Assembly: GCA_964187785.1 (NCBI GenBank)
Contig: OZ076409.1
Coordinates: 30,196,001-30,260,000, forward strand
DNA: 64,000 nt
Direction: 5' to 3'
From: Amphiscolops sp. MND2022
Taxonomy: Eukaryota
Within the stretch, counting starts at the first letter, position 1. The number at the start of each line of letters is the position of its first letter. This document shows, one piece after another, positions 59,231 through 64,000 of this stretch. The notes under the pieces are model-generated. The model was not told where the DNA came from, did no database searches, and saw nothing but the letters and a program-made list of their open reading frames with translations. Position numbers and translations under genes: made by a program.

Positions 59231-59713
59231 TTTTTAGTCGGCGCTTTATCCTTTTAAGGAAAAATGCCCGACTCTAGCAGTGACCTTTTTTTCTTTTTTC
59301 TTCAGACTACAATCCTCACACTGATCGGTCCACTTTTTAGAAACAATCCCGAAACCACCTAAGGCCAAGGCAAACTTAGTCCAAAGGGTCCCCCCTCTGA
59401 TTTTTTACTTTTTCAAGGTAACCTACAAAACCGGACGGGACTAAAGAGTCCCCCCTTTGGATTTTTCGGCACTGTGCGACTTTCTTTAGAAAAAGTTTTT
59501 GTCGCCAAAGGGTCCCCCTTCGAGTTTTTTGATATTTTGCAACAGAATGTATTTTAATAAATCCAAAAGGGTCCTCCCTTTTGAATTTTTCGGCACTATT
59601 CGACATTTTCCGAATGAAAAAATGTTTTAAAAATTCCAAGTTTTTTCCCAAAAAAATGTTTAGCGCTTTTTGAACCTTAGATAAGCGCCGACTTAAGACG
59701 TTCTCGTCTTGTT
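59231..59713 (+). mobile_element. HINE/DINE-like element, family A
   Basis: Close copy of 39470-39953 with both termini. Confidence 0.85.
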
Positions 59714-60230
59714 AGTAGAAAGTGAGCTCGACTGTTACAGTGGGTAGTTTTTCAGACACGTAAGGTTCACTTTTTTTATTTGTTCAACAACATCGACTTG
59801 AGCTACGGACGTCCAAAACATACTCGAAACGCCAGAACCTCGTCCAAAGCAAAAACATCGACGTCCAGAACCTCGAAAACATACTAAGGATCCCCCTTTG
59901 GTGTTTTTCACTCGGATTGTTTTCGGCACTATGCGACTTTTTTGAAATTTTTTGGATTGCACCAAAGGATCTCGCCTTCGTTTGTTTCGATATTTTGCAA
60001 CATAATGGATGTCAAAGGGGCCCCTTTTACATTTTCCGGCACTGTGACACTGTTCAAAAATCTCATTTTAATTTTATTGTTGCGGAAAATTTTTAAAATC
60101 TCCCAAGGGTCACTCTTCATTTTTTTTTCATATTTTGCAACCAACCGGAGTTTCACAAAGCCCAAATGGTCCCTCTTTCACAATTTTGAGCCTTAGATAT
60201 AGCGCCGACTTTGGCTGTTCCCGGCTTGTT
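59714..60230 (+). mobile_element. HINE/DINE-like element, family A, abutting the previous copy
   Basis: Ends AGATATAGCGCCGACTTTGGCTGTTCCCGGCTTGTT; 5' terminus missing. Confidence 0.8.
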
Positions 60231-60388
60231 GAATGTTCAATACGCACACACCTTTACTTTTATTTGTTATCATTTCCTGGTCTTTTTTGAGATGTGTTAG
60301 TAATTCACGAGCCTCGCACAAGTGTATGCACAGCGCTGTGTGGCCTCTGTAATAAATCTGGTTTCATCAGTCCTGTTTGTTTCACCAG

Positions 60389-60468
60389 GCGTTTGTGGCG
60401 TCGCCGATAAGACCCTCAGAGAATCATCTGCGACAATTTCACCTCAGAAGAACAGCGATTACCAATGA
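60389..60468 (+). CDS. PLCB4: Candidate terminal coding exon of the PLC-beta gene
   Basis: Polypyrimidine ctgtttgtttcaccag acceptor in phase 1; (G)VCGVADKTLRESSATISPQKNSDYQ-TGA; unique non-repeat sequence; AATAAA near 60615. No homology support. Confidence 0.5.
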
Positions 60469-60778
60469 AAACTGAGGGGCGACTGTGTTTTTACTTGGAA
60501 AAACGGCTGCCAGTTCATGTACCTCATCAGCATTTCCACCACAAAATGATGAAGACAAATTGCCGTCAACTCCAGCTCAGAGATACAACAACCTACCAAC
60601 AGCTTTATCCAGTAAATAAATTGTTATCTCAGCTGTTATCTAAGTTTTGTCTTTTCGTTACCCAAGGGATCACTTGACGAGTTTTGGAATGTGCATCGTG
60701 TATAGTAAACTGTAACATTAGCTGTTGCAGTAAAATCTCTACCTCAGAAAAGATTTGTAATTAAACAGTGGTTTCGAA

Positions 60779-61222
60779 CAGGGGCGGAAATAAAACACGA
60801 AGTGAAATCGTGTGAAATTCAATGTAATTCGACTAATCAAATCACGCCGTGATATAGCATGAAATTACAGCTCAGTAAGTAAAATAGCGTGTAAAATAAC
60901 AATTTCCGCCATCGTATACTCCTTTTATCGTTAATACATACTAATTTAATCACTTATCATCTGATTTATTTTTTCCCTCGCCTTCTGCGTCGGAAGAGCG
61001 AACATTCTCGTATTTCAATAAATTACTAAGCGAAGAAAGGGAAAATATGGATGAAACTACCATAAAACATCTTTTTTGAATAAATATGTCCTAATTGATA
61101 TTTTTTGCGTGAAAAAGCGCGTTATACATTTTCTGTAATTTTTCCGTGTAATTTGTTTGAATCTAACGTGAAATTTTCCGTGATTTTTCAGTTGTCATGT
61201 CCGTGTAATATTACCGCCCCTG
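60779..61222. mobile_element. hAT-type MITE with 8-bp TSD
   Basis: TIRs CAGGGGCGGAAATA / TATTACCGCCCCTG; TSD GTTTCGAA at 60771-60778 and 61223-61230. Confidence 0.9.
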
Positions 61223-62294
61223 GTTTCGAAGAGCTGTGCATTTGATCTGCACAGCTGAAATCACGTGCAATCGCATTATCGTGCAGTTTTTAAACGTATC
61301 TTCCCTCTTTTGTGCTCTTTTGTTACTCTTGCAGTAAATGACAGCAATAATTGACAGTCCATACTTAATCTAAACCAACTTACAGGATAGATTACGAAAC
61401 CGAATCTAGCAAATATTCATTTCGTATAGTTCCATCTGTATATTCTAATTCTATCAAATCGAACCATCTCCGTTTCATTGATAGCGCACTGAAGTAGAGC
61501 TAACTTCACATGCTAAATTTATCTTCTATTGATGTGTTTGTTATTTTTGAATCAAAGTTATACCATTTGTTTTGTTTTCAACATTTTGCCATCTTTTTCA
61601 GTAACAACTCTGCAATCCAGAAGGATTTATCACTCCTTATTCTAATGAATTTGAAATACCCTAATTTGATTTGCTTACCATCAGCTCATTTTGATAGTTT
61701 GCATGCTTTGAATTTTGATTAATTTTACATTGAATTGCAATAAAACTTTTGAATCATCTTCTCTTGAGCTGAATTCGCCCAATCCGAACAGAGGTGTCAT
61801 GGGGTGCACCAAAAAGATCTGTGTCCAAATAGATGGAATTTTTCCCCGAACGGAAAGTGCCGGCTAGAGCTCATCTTGATGAAAAAGCACAGTGTTTTGA
61901 TGGCTGCAACCAATTATGGCGTTTCTGGATGAATATAAATATGAAATTGGGAGGGTGGAAGCCAGTGGCATCAGAGTGTTGTGCGAGTGCAATACGTACA
62001 GTGATTACAGATACAGTTTTCTGAGCTGAGCCTCGTTATCAGCCACTTGAAATTTTTAATTTGCTCTCATTTTTAGATTTGATGGACCCATTTTCGAAGT
62101 AGAAAGCACATTCGATCATTTTCCTAATTAGACGTAATTTTTTAAAACTGCGTCAAAATTGTCTTTTTTTCACGGAATTGTCGGATTTGTCTAGATTGAA
62201 ACAGAAAAAAACGATGCAAAACTTCAATTTCGATAAAATCTAGTTATCTCAAATTTTTCTAGCAGAAACAAAAAGATCACAAATGGACGTTTTT

Positions 62295-63469
62295 TACACT
62301 TGCGATAAGCAAGTGTTATGGGAAAGTGCAGGTGCTTTTTTTCCGCGCGACAACTCATTTCACGCGGCAAGTCGCACATTTCACGCGCTCGTGGTCAAGT
62401 GGTATGATGCTTGCTTTCCAAGCCAGAGGTTTCGTGTTCGAACCCGTGGGTGTGCGCTAATTTTTTTACAAGTATTTCGAAGCAGAAGATTCTCACTTTT
62501 TTCGGCACTATGAGACTGTTCGGCTTTGTGAGACTTTTTTTCGAAAATTTTAAATGTCCCTAAAGAGTCCTCCGTTCATTTTTTTGATATTTTGCAACAG
62601 ATCGAATGGTAGAAAATTCCAGAAGGGCCCCTTTTTTCAGAATTTTCGGCACTATGAGACTGTTCAAAATTCTCATTTTTTTTGCAAATTTTTTAAAGAC
62701 TCCCTTATTTTTTTCCAAAAATTTTTAATGACAAAGGGTCCACCCTTCTCTTTGTTTGATATCTTGCAACAGAACGAATGTTAGAAAATCCCAAAGGGTC
62801 CCTTTTTCCAGATTTTTCGTCACTATGAGACTGCCATTAAAATTTCTCATTCTTTGTTTTTTTCTCGAAAATTTTTTAAAGACTGCAAAGAGTCCCACTT
62901 TATTTTTTTGAAATTTTGCAACAGAATGGATGTTAAAAAATCTCAAAGGGTCCCCTCTTTCACAGTTTCCGGCATTGTGAGATTTTTCAAAAGAAATAAT
63001 TTTCGTGTTAAATTTATGTTTTCTCAGGCCCAGCGCGCTATATCCGATTTTTGCTTTTTTGAAAAAAAGACCGGTGTTTTTTCTATGCGACTTTTTTTGA
63101 AATTTGTTTCACCGAAGCCCCTCCTCAATTTTTGCCAGAAACGAAACATTGCGAGAGTTAAGGACTCCTCAAGGTTTTCGGCACTATGTGACTTACCGGA
63201 GACCAAAAATATTTTCGAAAAATTTCGAAATTTTTTTCCTCATTTTTTTGTTTCAACGTTTTTCGGGGAGAAAGATGGGTTTTTTGCTGTTTTAAGTTGG
63301 GGAAGAATGGTTTTCGAGACTTATGCGTATCCCTTCGGGTATTTTTGGCGCTTTTAAATTGATGAAATTTTAATGTCTTTTTACCCTTGGTTCTCTCCGT
63401 CTGATATTTCTTATTTGGTTTTCTTCAAAAGTTTGCAAGTGTTTGGGAAGCACGGCTTTGCCTCTGTGT
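62295..63469 (+). mobile_element. HINE/DINE-like element family B with tRNA-like head
   Basis: Colinear close copy of 9072-10246; perfect 5' hairpin ACACTTGC-GATAA-GCAAGTGT; T-run flanks. Confidence 0.87.
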
Positions 63470-63830
63470 TGCAAATACCCAACCTTTTTTTAGTCATTCA
63501 AGTCTAAAATTGCTTTGCCGACCATTCATACAGTACTGTGGCAGATAAATCATCGAAAAATGCTTTGGGAAAGCATGGGCTTGGAAGAAAATTTGGATGT
63601 TGAACGAAATTCTAGCGAAGGTTGAAATAAGCAATCGCTGAAACCAACTGTGAAATATTGCAAACTGCTATCCCAGTGTAAAAACTCTTGCAATTCTTGA
63701 CAACAATCATGGATAATTCTGGATTTCTTGGTAAGAATCTTGGCAAAATTCTTACAAAGAAATACACGAATTTGCAAGATCGTGCCAAGAAATTCAAGAG
63801 ATGAGCTGACAAAAGTGAATGAAAACAAAC

Positions 63831-64000
63831 AACAAGCCGGGACCGGTCCAAGTCGGCGCCATATCCAAGGCTCAAAAATAGCAAAAATACTTCCAAGTGT
63901 CAAGTATTTCCTTTTACAGTACTCGAAAATCGAAAATTTTTGGAAAGAATATTCGAAGAAAATAACACACTCAAAAAAATGGACCAAGTGGCGCGCTAAA
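63831..64000 (-). mobile_element. HINE/DINE-like element, family A (runs off window end)
   Basis: aacaagccgggaccggtccaagtcggcgccatatc is the reverse of the family-A 3' terminus. Confidence 0.8.

Noticed and set aside
62854..63357. Phe/Lys-rich ORFs in the HINE copies
   Set aside because: Spurious frames from T/A-run repeats; not conserved between the two near-identical copies.

Overview
Eukaryotic (animal) genomic DNA, AT-rich and very rich in transposons. The repeat content and a leader-like motif suggest an acoel flatworm, but that is inference. The + strand carries the 3' half of a phospholipase C-beta gene (PLCB4/norpA-like): Y domain, C2 domain and C-terminal coiled coil. I could chain 12 exons in phase from 5063 to a probable stop at 60468, including a likely GC-AG intron. 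The introns are filled with mostly decayed and nested elements: three Bel/Pao LTR retrotransposons, an I/Jockey-type LINE, a CR1/L2-like LINE, several hAT elements (one CGGBP1-like), piggyBac-, Tc1- and Mutator-type MITEs, and many Helentron-associated (HINE/DINE-like) elements, some carrying tRNA-like heads. The most unusual signal is the motif GCCT(A/G)ATTGTTGTGATAAACTTATT(T)AAA(AG). It sits at the 5' end of two otherwise dissimilar retroposed units (43869-43899 and 13535-13560, both minus strand) and looks like a spliced-leader relic, which would mean trans-spliced retroelement RNAs were reintegrated. All coordinates were read by eye and no database searches were run.
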